Below are positions 1 through 13,986 of a stretch of DNA of 64,000 nt, in pieces (position 1 is the stretch's first letter; each line of letters begins with the position of its first letter). This DNA comes from Hydrurus foetidus (Eukaryota), in NCBI GenBank assembly GCA_900617105.1, contig UYFQ01000154.1, positions 62,001-126,000 on the forward strand. The letters are read 5' to 3'. The position numbers and the translations under genes are program-made. The notes below the pieces were generated by a model. It ran no database searches. It saw only the letters and a list, made by a program, of their open reading frames with translations, and was not told the origin of the DNA.

Positions 1-1306
1 TGCCCTGGAAGTGGAGAGAGAAATACTGTCACATCCCCAGGTACGTATTAGATGCTATTTCAGATAATTAGATGTTTCATTTTTATAGTATCATTTTCGT
101 GTAAATGAATTTTTAGATTTTGTTGCGATTTTTCTACATGTTCTGTTATGGCAGAGATTATTGCTGTCATCAGAGCTCTTTCCTCGTTATCTATTTTCTA
201 TTTCACTGTCACCCCTATCTTCTTTTCTCCCAGATAATAACAACGATGTTTTCGCACAGGATTCTGTAAAAGTCAGAACCGTGTTTCGCAGCAATATTTC
301 ACTGTTTTACACCCATATCCGTATACTTTCCGCGCCATTGTAACCCAATTAAAACCATGAACATTATCTTAAATTCCAAAATTACCGTTTTTCGCTCATA
401 ACCGTATGATTGCAGATATCTGAGGCGATAGTGGTGGGTGTAGCCGATGAAACGTTGGGAGAAAAAGTAGTTGCTATTGTCACTTTGAGGGACCTAGAAC
501 TCAAATTCCAGACCGCACAGGATGATACTGGTACGTACGTACGTTCACTGCGTTCATTTCTTTGTCATTTGTTCTAAGGTATTGTGCTTTTTTTACTGCG
601 AAATCCATCTGCTATTAACCGAATGTGGCGGATGAAATTTCATGAAATGCTTCAATTTTTCCTATTTACGTTATTTCATTATGTAATAGTAGTCCATTCA
701 TCAAACACTAATATCCGTATAAATCGAATTAGGTATTGTACTCCTCGAGAAAGGTAATACATTCCAAGCATTAAAAAGTCTCCGAACCTTTTTGAAAGAT
801 CGGATGGCTCAGTACAAACAGCCACAGGAACTTTTTATCGTTGATAGTATTCCGAGAAATCATTTAGGAAAGGTATGAAAATAATTTAAAACAAATCATG
901 CTTTATTTTTGTTGTTTTATATTGATGTCTGATATTTATGTCTCTGTTAAATATGACTAGAAAAAGGAATTTATTTCTTTTTGTGTGTTTATTAATTACT
1001 GTTGTGATATCTATATTCGTGTTTTTACTCTAATTATTTGTCCATCTTTACTGATTTCTAACGTCTTGCATAATTCTAATTTTCATTGCGATTCTTTCTT
1101 CTAGTTTCTACTATTATCTCATTTCTTAAACCAGTAACTACTTCATTAGTGTAATTCGAAATTCAAGGACTCGAGACTAGAAAAACAATTACTTAATTAT
1201 TTACATCAATTTTAAGTACAAATTTCCTCTAATGAACTTTTTCGCCTTGCCGATTTTTCAGGTCAATAAAAAAAGTATTTTACAAGATTTGAAATTAAAG
1301 CAATAG
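1..1306 (+). CDS. Acyl-CoA synthetase (ACSF3/AAE13 malonyl-CoA synthetase-like), 3' part; 5' end is outside the window
   Basis: Exons 1-40, 416-530, 733-872 and 1262-1306 with GT-AG introns splice in frame to ALEVEREILSHPQISEAIVVGVADETLGEKVVAIV...MAQYKQPQELFIVDSIPRNHLGKVNKK..Q*. This is the AMP-binding C-terminal domain with the A10 PRNxxGK motif. Confidence 0.85.
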
Positions 1307-2145
1307 CGATAGATCAACTGTAATATTTTTTTGCTGCAGTGTAATAATCTGCAATGTTTCCTCTTTTTTTCCTTCTTTTTTGTGCTTAAAAAATTCTAAT
1401 GATGAGAAAACTTTTTAAAAATTAAAAGTGCAAAATATTTCCTCACAAAAACTCTCCATGAATTACTAACTTGGAATATTTTTGGTACGAATATCTTCTG
1501 TCCGATTTTTGCCAGAAAAACATACAGAACAGAAAACAATGATGAAAATGAAGAAAAACAAAACAAAATATAACAAATCAAATCATTACCGGGCATGTAT
1601 GAAATTTAAAAAATGAATGTAGGAAACTTGTTTCTAAAATTTCCGGGTTGACAAAATGACTGTTGTTTTTTCCTTTTAAAATTTCAAATTTATTCTTGAA
1701 AAAGATTCGTAAAAAGATTCGCAAATGGTGGGTTAGAAAATGAATACTTACCCGACCTTCTTTTTCTCTTTATATGAATAAGTTGAGATAAGATAAATGG
1801 CAGAGACGAAATAGATGAAATGGACTTTAATTGTAATGCAAAATATGATTTATATAATGAAATTAATTATATTTTATATTTGAATATGATGATGGGCGCA
1901 CATAAACGATATAACAAATAATGTCAATAATAACTTTCTTGCGTAAATTGATAATTCTTCGGTTTTCTATATTCAATTATTTTGTATCACTGGTATAAAT
2001 TAATTTTTATTCGAAAAAATGATATAAAAATCTTTGTCGAAATTTATTTTCTTCTGGCCCGACAGAAATCTTTCAATTCGGAAGATCAACTTTTCACATT
2101 TATAAAATATACTAAGTTCATAAAATTCTCTACATTTAAAAAAAT

Positions 2146-5100
2146 CTACGAAATGGTGCAACAAATTTTCTTTCTACTTTTTTTTATCAACGGTGCGGTT
2201 TTTTTAAACGACAACGAATTTTGTATATTCTCGTCAAGTGCTTCCTGAATTTGTTTCGATAAATCATCGGTACTGTAATTCTGTCCAATGACTCCTGAGA
2301 TTTCCGTAGTTGTTAAAGATTCATAAAATTCGGAATTATCGAATTCTTTTACACTGTTTTCATCGCCTGCGTCACTTTCTATAAGACGCAACACGCTGCC
2401 TTCTTTTTTATTATCAGCTTTAGGAGGACTTGTATTCTGGTAAATACTAGTCCTCGCGTCAATTTCATCATTTTCATTTTCTTGATGAAGTCCGTCTTCA
2501 TTTTCCTGTCTGATGTCATAATATTCTTTCACTAGTAGAAAAGATTTTGGTATTGATTTAATCGTTGTTTTGACAGGCGCGCCATTGTCGAGTATAGACA
2601 AGGTTAGAGATTGTAACCTAGGATTTGAAGAAATTGGTTTTTCTTCTTTTCTATTTTCATCAATAATAACACTAAGTCTTTTTATTTTTTCGTTATTAGG
2701 ATGTGAGGTGTCGATGGAGGAGATGGAGGGTGACGTGCACAACGAGGGTTTCGCACTGTTCTTAAAACTCCCCGTCATTCTTAACGAGAAAATCTCGCTA
2801 TTATCCGTTTCTGCCGTTGCTGGATATTCGTGACAGATTGATCCTTCTCTTGTAGTGTTTCTAATTTCACTTCTTATTTTATCACTATTGTAAATATTCG
2901 ATGTTACTGTACTGCTGAAGTCCAATTCACTGTCTGCGAATTTCATATCACCGGTAATATCATCATTGCTCACTTTTCTTTTTTTATGCATTCCTCCACT
3001 TTCATTTCCACTGCCATTAATTTCATTTTCATTTTCAATATCGTTATTTGTCTGTATATTAGAGTATTGATTAATGTTATTATGAATATCCCCACTTCGA
3101 CCAACAGTCAACAATTTCGTACTTTTTTCTTTACTTTTCGATTTCTCACTTCCTCGACCACTCCCTTTTCTTTCTTTACTTCGCTTTTCTGATTGTTTTT
3201 TCTTAGAAATATTTTTCTGATAAAATTCACTTTTATTATGAAAAAAAAATTGTCCTAAAAAATTAAATTTCATTTCTTTATTTTTCGCCTTTGATTTTTC
3301 GTTTTCTTTCACTTGATTTTCGTATGTAGAGTCAATTCCGTAAAATGACAACATTTCCTCACATTCCATTCTCAAGTGCGCGAAATTCAATAATAAATTT
3401 TCATTGGATAAAATATCGGGATTGTGATATTCAAAATTTTCGTCATGATCGTCCAATTTTTTTAATCCAATTTCAATAGGTGATAATCCGCATTTTTTGT
3501 CACGAGAAATTCGTGAAAGAATATTCCAGATAAAATTCCGTGATTGATATGACGGTTTTACTTCTATTTTCGTATTTTTCACTGATCCGCCATATGCCAT
3601 TTTTTGTGCGGAAATTACAATTTTTAGTAGTTGAGTCGTTTCTTTTCTGTCAGCAGCTAATGTACGAGCGCTTTTACAAAAATTGAGAGCATCTTGGTGT
3701 AACCCTTGATCTGAAATGTAAAACACAATTATGGAATAAATTTCAGTTTTTGAATGATATCATGTTCAATGTGAAATTAATTACTCGAATTCCGTAATAT
3801 CGTCATTTCGATGTTGTGAATTGTATAAAATGTACTTGACAACAAAAGATAATTCACAATTGAAAAGACAGAAAAAAATGCGGAAATAAAATGCCGGAGA
3901 ATAAAAAACATGTATTTTGGATTAGATGCAATTTAAGAATTATTGATGCACTTACTCATGGCATATTCGGCGGCCTTGAGTGAATATTTCAACGCCAGCA
4001 GTCTCTCATCCAAACTCCGAGTGAAGTGATAAGATAGACTGAAAGTAATATTGTCGCATATAAGATAAAATGAGATATTAAGATAAAATATGATAAATAT
4101 TTTGGGATATTTAAAATTCGCAAATGATTATGAATATCAATAAAATTGTTCTTGATAACATCAGAAATATTTTGCCAGTACCTAGTATGTAAGTACAGTG
4201 TTGTAATTGATGATCCACCGATGTAACTGTGATATCATACGATAATCACTTGTCATATTTATCATTACTTATCGCTAAAATTTATCAAAAAATTATACAA
4301 TTTTTATTTTATGATCCAAATAGACAGCAGTGCAATTAAAATTCGATTTCGAGTTGTCGATTAGTTGACATGAAGTGACAACAGTCTGTCTCACCTAGCG
4401 AAGTGCGGTCGGAGATTGTTTGCATATCTTTTCTTGATGAATTTCGCAGTTGCTTTATGCACTCTGAATGCAACACTAAAAATGATAAATTGAATGTGTA
4501 AATAAGAAGGATATTAACTTATGTAAATTATCTGTAACATATGATTGCAGCGGATAAAGTGTTTCATCATTGTATTAAATGTATTTGTGTGTGTGTTTCA
4601 ATAATGTAACAAATAAAGAATATGCATGATGTGATAAACAATAAATGGCAAAAACGAAACGAAAAAATAAAAAAAATGTCAACAAGTATCAAAATAAAAT
4701 ATTAATTAATGCTATACCTTTTCGGCGTAATTTCATACAACATACTTCGTATTTTTTCATTTTTAAAATGAAATACTAAATCATTATCGTGATTTCCTTT
4801 GTTAACAATGAAACCATGTTCTTCCAAAGCTTCAAGAGAAGATATCAAAGAAGTATTTTTAACTATAGCCGAAATAACGGAAAGGGTAAATTCAAACCCT
4901 ATAATGCTCGCTGTTTTGGCGACCAATTGTTGCACTGATGTAAAACGATCTAATCGACAAAACATTAAAAATTGCAATGAATTTTCAAGGTAATTTTCTT
5001 TTTTCGCTCTTTCCATCCCATTTTCAATTATAAAATTCGCGATTATTTTACACCAATACGCATTGCCCGATGAGACGTCATTTACCAACGTGACCAATTT

Positions 5101-8100
5101 CTTAGACACGTTTTCTTCGCCAATATATACGATTAACAGGTCTCTCACATCGTCAATGCTTAGACCTCGCAATTTAAGAACTTGCACTCCACCGTTACTC
5201 AGTATCCTTTCTAAACCAGGTGCAAATTTTCTCTCAACAGTAATCATATCGCCACTTTTTTCATCAATATTGATGCTGCTATTATTATTACTATTATTAT
5301 TACTATTATTATTATTATTATTCGTAGTATTTTCACGTGCGCACAATAACGTACGGTTCGTCACAGTTGCCAGTACAGAACAACGTACGCACATTCCAAT
5401 CATATTATTCAACATTAACCAAGTTTCTTCATCGCAATAATGAGCATCTTCTATTACAATTGCAGTGCGTGATTTTGAGAGTAGTAATTGGAGGACGGAG
5501 TAAAGGAGAGCAGTGTCGTCTTGTTCGTTTTCTATTCCTTTACCTGATTCCATACTGGTACCGTTTATGTTGTTATTGTTATTGTTATTATTATAGCTGT
5601 TTAAGTTCGTATTTGTCTTTACGTTGTAGATGTTGTTTGTCTTAATGTCATCATGATCATCATTGTAATTACTGGTATCATTATTATTATGACCATCATT
5701 GCTTATATCATTTTCGTTATCATTATCAATGTTATCATAACCGTTACAACTTTTACTACTACCGTAATTTTCATTAAAATTATGTTTTGAAGAATCAAAT
5801 AATTTGGTGCCTTTGATTTTTATACTTTTTTTCTTTTCGCTGGAATTAGGCAAGTAAGGCAAAGTCACTGCTATTGAAGAATTGCGTCTTGAAGTTGAAG
5901 TTGCAGTTGAAGTTGGATCTGTGAATGGAAGTGCTCTTGTAGACTGATTTCCACTAATTACTTCTTCATTTGTCGTCATATTAACAGTCATATCATCCGC
6001 AAGTTTAGACGAAATTTTGGCTGCATTTCCTGATTGGAAAGGTAGATAGGAAAGTGTAGCACAATCTTGACTCAAAAGTAATAAAATTGTTTCCTCTTCT
6101 TCATCACGATTAATCACTGATAACCGTTGTTTTGTCGTTTTCGTTAATTCGGTGGAATTACCAATATACGGTAATTTTGTTTTTTGAGATATTTTACTGC
6201 TTTCGTTTTTACCCAAAGGAATTCCACTGAGATTTTTTTCCGGACTTTGGAGCGTTTCCGTATTATGACATTCGGAATCAAGATAATCAGAATTATTTCC
6301 CGCACAATAACTGCTGTTATCATAATCATAATTGCTTCTATATTTATTACTAACATGGCTATTATTATTTTTACTATCATCACTTACACAAATTCGGTCT
6401 GAATTGGCGTATTTTGAATAATTAGTATGAGTGTCAACGCTATTGCTGATGTTGAAATATTCTTCCGTTTGATCATTATCGTTATTTTTAACATTGGAAT
6501 TTAGTTTTTCATTGCGCATGTGGGAGCCATATAAACTTTCATCATTTTCCGTATCTTTTTCTTCATCCCACATATCTCTTGTTTTCATGCTCAACCCTCC
6601 GTCCGTATCGATGCTTCGATTCATCCTCATACTTGCAGACTCAGTATCTCTACTCACATTCTCCATTAAAATATTATCGAACGTACTGTCATACACGCCT
6701 CGTACGGTATCATTTACATCTCGAAAAACAATACTTTTCATTCCCTGATTTTCAGTGGCAAAAAAATTAGGAATATTTGTCGGAATATTCTTCAGAATTG
6801 TCTTCGGAATATTCTTAATGACATTCTGAGAGCGTTCTGATTTGTTAGGATTACTCATGTGCGATTGTGTGACACTTTCTGCTTTTTTAATAACATCTGA
6901 AGCAGGCATAATTTCTGATTTCGTATTCGGACTATTTTCCGTGATAATTTCTTCGGAGTGATTTTCACCGATTCCATTTTCGTTTTCTTCTTCCAACGTA
7001 TTCATGGTTACGCTATCATAGGAATTTAAAGAATATCGTAATTGGCCGGATCCTCTTTTTTGCGGGGAATTGTTGGCCGTATTGTATACGGTTGAATTCG
7101 ATGAATTAAATCCGGTAGTAAATCCGCTAAAATTGCTACTTTGGCTTGAACCGATTTTATTGTTATTTTTAGTGCTGCTGTGATTGCTATTGCTGTCACT
7201 GCTCATATTATAATTATTGGTATCATTTTTGTTCGAGTAATTGTAACTGTTATTATTGTTATTAGTATTATAATTATTCATATCGAAAGCGTTTGGTGAC
7301 GACCCCGAACTTTCGTTTTTGTCAATGTTATTATTATTATTGCTGTCGCCAATATTGTTGAAATCACTGTCATTGCTATCGTTATTGTCATTTTTATTAC
7401 TATTACCCTTTCTGTTATTATTACCACTTCCATTATTGTCATTATCATTATTACGGTTGTTATTATCATTACTACGGTTATCATTATTATTATTTTTATC
7501 ATTATCATTATTAGGGTTATTATTATCATTATTACGGTTATCATTATCATTATAACGGTTATCATTATTATTATTTTATTTTATCATTATTACGGTTATT
7601 ATTATTATTAGATGCATTACCATTTAAATTGACGTAATAGTTAACACTAGCATTTGAACCCGTGCTGGTTACAGATGAGCTGCGGCGACACACAAAGCTG
7701 CGGGGAGGAGAAATGGAATTACCTGGGGGTAAGGAAACAAAAATTGGTTAACGATTTTTTAAAGTTGAAAATTACATTATTCCAGATATTGATCAGCCCA
7801 TAAGAACAAAGGGGTGTAAGTTAAATTCAATGAATCAAAGAAAAGAAAATAGGAACACGCTCAAACGCAAATGCAAGTACACACACACGTACGTACCTTT
7901 CGGTGCGGCGCTCGTCCTGCTCATTCTCCTGTCAAGCACGGTGACGTGTGGCTCCTCGCAAGATATCATAGAAGAAGAACGCGCAGAACATTCCAATCCA
8001 AGTATCCTAAGCAGAACAATCCGTGGAGAATTTTCTACAGAACGTTGTGAAGAACGTTCCGAGTTGCTTTTCGTAGAAAATTCTTGAAACTTTTTACGGA

Positions 8101-11100
8101 AATTTTGTGTGCTTCCGGAGGAACGTTCTGGAGTACTTTCTAAAGAAGAAGATTCCAGAGCTTTCTTCGGAGAAAATTGAGAGCATTCTTTGGATAATAA
8201 TTTTGAAGAATGTTCTGTGAGCTGTGCCAATATTTCATCCACTAAAATTATTTTTTTCGTATTATCTCCACATTCGTACTCCCCATAAGGGTCTAATAGA
8301 GTCCATAGAATTTTCCGTAACACAGCGTAACTTACGCTCGTATCAGCTTCTGATGTTTGTACGTACACGGTATTTAAATTCCTTTTTTGTGCTCCTTGTT
8401 TAAAATAATCGGCAGCGGTTGATTTTCCCGTTCCCGGATTTCCGAGTAAAATGGTCATATTAAGGGTATTTTTGTCGGAATCTCTCACGGAATCTAAATA
8501 ACTGGCTTGTCGTTTTATCCTCGCTGATGCGTTCATTGGTGAAGATGTTTGGGAGAGGGGGGGAGAGAGGGAAGAGCCCTGGGGTAAATGAGTCAATAGA
8601 CAGGTCGATGTTGAAGTTATAGTTGGGAGTGACGCGGAGGGAGAGGAAGAGAGGGGGTGAAGTGGGTGGATGTGGGATAGAGAGGAGAGGGCAGGAAGAT
8701 GGCTAGACGTTGCGAACGACATCGAGGAGTTTCTCAGTCGTTGGTAGCACGTTCTGTCCAACTGTTGGGACAGACACACAGCAACTTCTTCGGACAAAGA
8801 AACGCTCTGCTCCGCATTGTTCGGATCGTCACCTAGAGAAAGAGAGAAAGAGGAAAGGTAAAAATGATAATAATAATAATGGTTATAATAATAATAACGA
8901 TAATAATAATAATGATGATAACAATAATAATAACAGTAATGATGATCATGATATTTACTATTACTACTGTTACCCCTTAAAAAAGTTCAGTATAAAAAAG
9001 AAAGAAAGAGTAGACAAATCGGTAGTCAATGCCGAAAGTTAAGCCTGTCTATATCGCTAATCAATTGAAACAGATACATAAAATCAATCGCAAACAACAC
9101 AACAAAGTGACCAACTAACCGATATGCAGTGCAGGATCTTCGACAGACACGTATTCATACGGACGGATGGGCAGTGCGATTCCCTTGATCACCATTTCCT
9201 CGGCTAGGCGGAGATTCTTCCTACCGTCCCTATAGGGACAGTGAAGATAAAGATCAAGTTGAAGATATAAATGTGAATAGAGATAAAGAAATGGATGTAG
9301 ATATGAAGAGGAGTTTAGATGTAAAAATACATGAAATAAAAGTGAAAGTATGGACGGGACGGGAGGTAGTCAGTGTAGGTCAATGTGAGAGATAGAGGAG
9401 AATGAAATGAGAGAAGGGAGAAGAATGGGAATCGAGAAGAATGGGAAAGAGAAGAACAGAGATAATACATTGAAGAAATTGTACAGCGGAGTAGTAGTTA
9501 AGTATAATCGTTTATTGAATCACCTGTGGAGATGTGTATAAGTACTTTCATCGACCAGAACGCGTCCGTGCGCCTTGCCCATCAGTCGTGACGCCAGATT
9601 CACGCTCTCTCCGATACCTGATTCGGTATTAATACAAAATAATTCAGTGCGGGATACTACAGTGAAGTAGAAGGTGATGCAATACTGTTAAGTATGATGT
9701 TATATCAAATACTGCATGATACGTGTGATACACTGCATACGATGTTATGCACTGGACATATGATAGAGAAGTAAGAAAGAGAATGTTCATTCCCGTACTT
9801 ACCAAGATAGTCCTGACGGGACCCCCCTGAGTTAATCAACCCGCAATAAACATTGCCTGCAAAAATGAGATTAAAAGATATACATGAAATGACAATGAGG
9901 GATGATGGATGAGGGCGGAAAGGGAGAGGGACAGTGGGGTAAAGAATTAAAGGGAGAACAGGACGAGGAGGGGGAATGGTGAGAGTGTGGCGGTCGTATT
10001 GGCATAAAGAAAGAAGAAAGAATAGAATAGAACAGAACATCGTCAGTGAAGAAATGATGAGAAGGCGGGATGCGAGGAGGGGTCAAAAGGCAATCGCGAG
10101 TAGATCCTTTTCCATCGTGATTGCGTACATACACACACTTACACACACACACACACACGCACGTACCTGATGTCAGCCCAATGGAGCAATTATGTCCAAC
10201 AGACGGCACCTGTAGACTGAGTTTTACAGCGCAAGAAAGCCCTCTCGAGCAGTTGTTCGCATACGTGAATGACGGAACACCCCACATGGCGATAGCAACA
10301 CAACCCTACAGGGTGCGAAGATTTTCATGTTTTTGCATTTGGGTGAGTGCGTGTGTGTTTTTATATGCATTTGAAATAATTATTTGTGTCATTCATGGAA
10401 TTAGATATTAAAAGATCAAGCAAAATGGGATGTGGAATAAACCAAAATAGAGCCTAACCGAATTACAGCACTAAAAGTGGGGGAAAAGTTGCAGTAGTGA
10501 CACAGCTGTGAAGCAGGGATGAAGTTGCATAATAACGGTAATATGGTGATAATATAGCAATAATATAGTACTTGTAGAATGGTGATGAAGTACCTTATCA
10601 TCCACTAAAAATTGTCTCAAAAAACCTCCCGTCTCCGACAACACTTGTTGAAGCAAATAGAAAAAAGGTTGCAAAGAAATAGGGTCTTGATTCCGCTCCG
10701 GTAAGTAAGAGTCAAGATGAAGAAATAGAGAAGTCACTTGTCGCAACTCAGCAATGCTGTTCAGTGAGCCGGAATAAATTGATCGCAAGGCCGGTAAAGG
10801 TATGAAATATTCAGCCGCTTCTAGCAGGGCGGACTCGAAAACTTCACGGTCCAATTGGGTTGAATTTTTCGAATTGACGCCTATATTTCTCATGTCTCCA
10901 ATCACACTGTCACCCTCTATTTCCATTTCTATCATTTCTTTAATCAATTCATGTTTCACAATTGTACTTCCTTCCTCTTTAATAATCTCTTCCCCAGATA
11001 CCTTATCACTCACATCAAATCTTGCCTTTAATTTCGTAAAACCAGTAATATTGGGGTCAATATAAGACTGTTTTTCATGATACATTTTACCACTCTCCTC

Positions 11101-13986
11101 ATCTAATTGATCATGAATATCGAACTCAATCGGTGTTGTTGTTTCGGGGGTAAACCCTGGGGTAATTTGATAAGAACACCCCTCAGGGGTATTTATTTCA
11201 CTATTCCAGTATCCTGGTGTAACGCACTGCGGTGTAGTTTCACCGGAATTTACGGTAAAAGATGCGGAGGCCCTCAGTTCGACTTCCGGCTCGTACTCCG
11301 TTGTTGGTGCAACAGATTTGAGCGGGTCACGATTGAACATAAACAGGGGATCGACAGTGGATGCTATATATGAATGTGCAGCAGTGGTGTTTACTGTGGT
11401 AGTAGACTGATGCTGAGACTTTACGTGGGAAGGGGACACTGAGGGGTAGGGAGATAGGGAGGGGGAAGTGGAGGGAGAAGATGAGAGTGACAGGGAGGGG
11501 GAGAGAGAGGGAGAGAGGGATCGGGGGAAGGGGTCGGGATAGGATCGGATGGAAAGGGGGGAACCTTGGGTGTTGATTGCAGACACACCACCCTCTATCG
11601 CATTCTTTACCTCAACTTCTCCATATCCTATATCTTTTCTCTCTTTTTCACAAGATGATTTTGTGACGTAGTCGATCAAGTATGCTGTGCTATTTCCCTT
11701 GCATCTCCTCGCAAACACTACCTCGCCCACCATCTCTTCCAATTCACTGCTTACAGCTGAAGAGAGACCAAGCGCATTTCTATAGCAATCTGAGGTGGAT
11801 GGAGAGAATGTACGTACGTCAGTGCTTTTATTTCAGTGTTCTAAAGGTGAGATAATGGTGTCGTCATTGGATTCTTTCATTTCAAAATTAGTTTGCATGC
11901 ACAGACACATGGTTATGAATTTATTCTACAGCAGTGTGTGTACACTGCCACCCCTATACACGACAATGACCTGTACCGTACTGTTTTCAGTTTTCAGTAC
12001 GGTCAGTTAATTGTCGTGTATAGGGGTGGGTCCAGATTAAACGTGGACCTGAAATAAATGAGGAGCCTTGAGATGCATGCGCAGTAATGCAGTCACAATA
12101 CGCACACACGTACGTACCTCTGGAGGCCACAACTTGTCTCGGTCCCGCCAACTCGATGCACTCGGATAGCTCAGCAATGCACGGACCGTTGATGATGTAC
12201 GCCCATTCGTTGTTAAACCCTCCTAACACAGCAAATCTTAGTTCACCGACAGTGACAGCGATGTGCGTGGCCAGTCGGTCATTATGGTGCTTTTTCAGTT
12301 CGCATGAGCACTGTAAGGCGCGGAGGGCGTAGTTCTGATCGAATGCAGAGGTGAGGTCGTCACCCACTCTGAACACACATATCAAGGCGTCTCCAGCGAA
12401 GAATACAACTAGTGTAGTGTTGAAATAATTTACGTAAAGACGATTGTTAGATTTGTCAGAGACTACCGCATTAAGGTATCATATTCACGTGCAGAATGAC
12501 CATGTGTACTGTGATGAAGCTTTTCAAATGCTGGAAAGTGTCACATATTAAGTTACTGTCAATGAACCCAAAGCTCATAGAATTAAAAATTCCATCTTTC
12601 CGGTCTAAGATTCGTCATATGAAAACACTGTCTGAAAACGCAATAATATAACACAGCATGACATAAATCACTTCTTACCATCTCCTTTATACTTGTAAAC
12701 AACGTCGACAAAATGTCCTAAGAATTCGTTTGTAGCGGAGTGTAAATCGTCCAGGCCTGAAGCACCCTTCGCGCACATAGCAGAAGAAAACTTGGAAAAC
12801 CCTGGGGTAAATAGGGGTCATTTGGGGGATGGAGGGAGGAGTGAGTGAGGGTAAGTGGGAGGGAGAGACGGAGGGAGGGAGGGGAAGAGAGAGGTAGAGA
12901 CGGAGGGAGGCAGGGAGGAGGGTGTGACTTATCATGGTCACAAAATCAATAAAAAAAAGATAGCATATCTTTAAGATTTGATTATCAAATTGAAATATTT
13001 TTATCGAGAAATTTAGGGAATCGCATGGACTATTTCATTACAATAAACACTATCATATCAAATAGTGACACCACAAATAATTCGTAAGATGATACTATTT
13101 TGTTATGATGCATGATATTAATAGCAAAATTACTCAATTATTTCCGTGTAGTCACTTTATCACAGTCTCGAAGATGGCCATGTATTGTAATCTTTATGAT
13201 GGAATCCTCAAAAGTTCTTCCAACTGGTAAGAATTCACATTCATAAGAACGTTCCTGAGAATGTTCCTAAGAGTAATGCGTACCTGAAATATCAGCCAGC
13301 ATGCAAGCTCCTTGAAAAGTTGAAGAGCTGACGGAAAGCATTTCTCCTATGGGCCGACCTCTCAAGTGCGTCAGAAGTATGGACGGGCAGAAGGATTTAA
13401 CCTGATCGGAATAAAATTGCTTCTCATTGATATTCTCATGGTTATTCTCAAATTCTTCTAATTCATTTGGAGGGTCATCGAATGAGTCATGAGAACGCTG
13501 ACTTGTTGCCATGATACTCATTCTTCTGATGTTGAAGCTCGACCGTTTCCTGGGATGTTCTTTATCAGTGCTTCTCAGATGTAAGTTCAGAAGGGCGAGG
13601 AACAATGCATTAGGATCAAATGGTATTGAACTAGACATTTGAAATTTCTTGCCATTCCATCCGTTGTTTCGTAGCACTGCCAAAAGATCCTTATCCAGTG
13701 ATTTAATTGTTGACTCCATGACAGTGTTTTCGAATTTCTCAAGAATCTTATCTGAAGCTGAGCCATGTTGCACCATTACGAACAAATTTTCCGATAGGAA
13801 TTTAATGATGTTCGATCGTTTCATGTAATCTAACATATGGCTCTCACGTCGATGAGGTAAATACTGTTGAACTTCACTCGAGTGCACTCCTTCTTGCATC
13901 TCCTCATGCGCAAATATTGATGCTAATCGCATCGACAGAAGCATATCATTTGGTGGTGTCTCTGACGGCCCTGATGTGAATGACAT
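2146..13986 (-). CDS. ADCY10: Soluble adenylyl cyclase ADCY10-like: two class III cyclase domains, STAND P-loop NTPase and helical/TPR-like region, with long low-complexity inserts
   Basis: About 13 GT-AG exons. C1 has MLADISGFS...GDVVFFAGDAL. C2 has AELRQVTSLFL...LVDDKGCVAIAMWG...CSIGLTSGNVYCG...GESVNLASRLMGKA...EMVIKG. Walker A is ILLGNPGTGKST and Walker B is IVIEDAHY. The C-terminal region has RLDRF...KTASIIGFEF...LSYHF. One apparent frameshift near 7575-7585. Confidence 0.88.
11948..12029. repeat. Intronic inverted repeat (hairpin / mini-MITE-like)
   Basis: Perfect 20-bp arms CCACCCCTATACACGACAAT / ATTGTCGTGTATAGGGGTGG plus an inner ACCGTACTG/CAGTACGGT stem, inside a cyclase intron. Confidence 0.8.

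Noticed and set aside
7278..7565. Ile/Met-rich and Leu-rich ORFs
   Set aside because: They are alternative frames of the (AAT/GAT)n Asn/Asp-coding tract in the cyclase.
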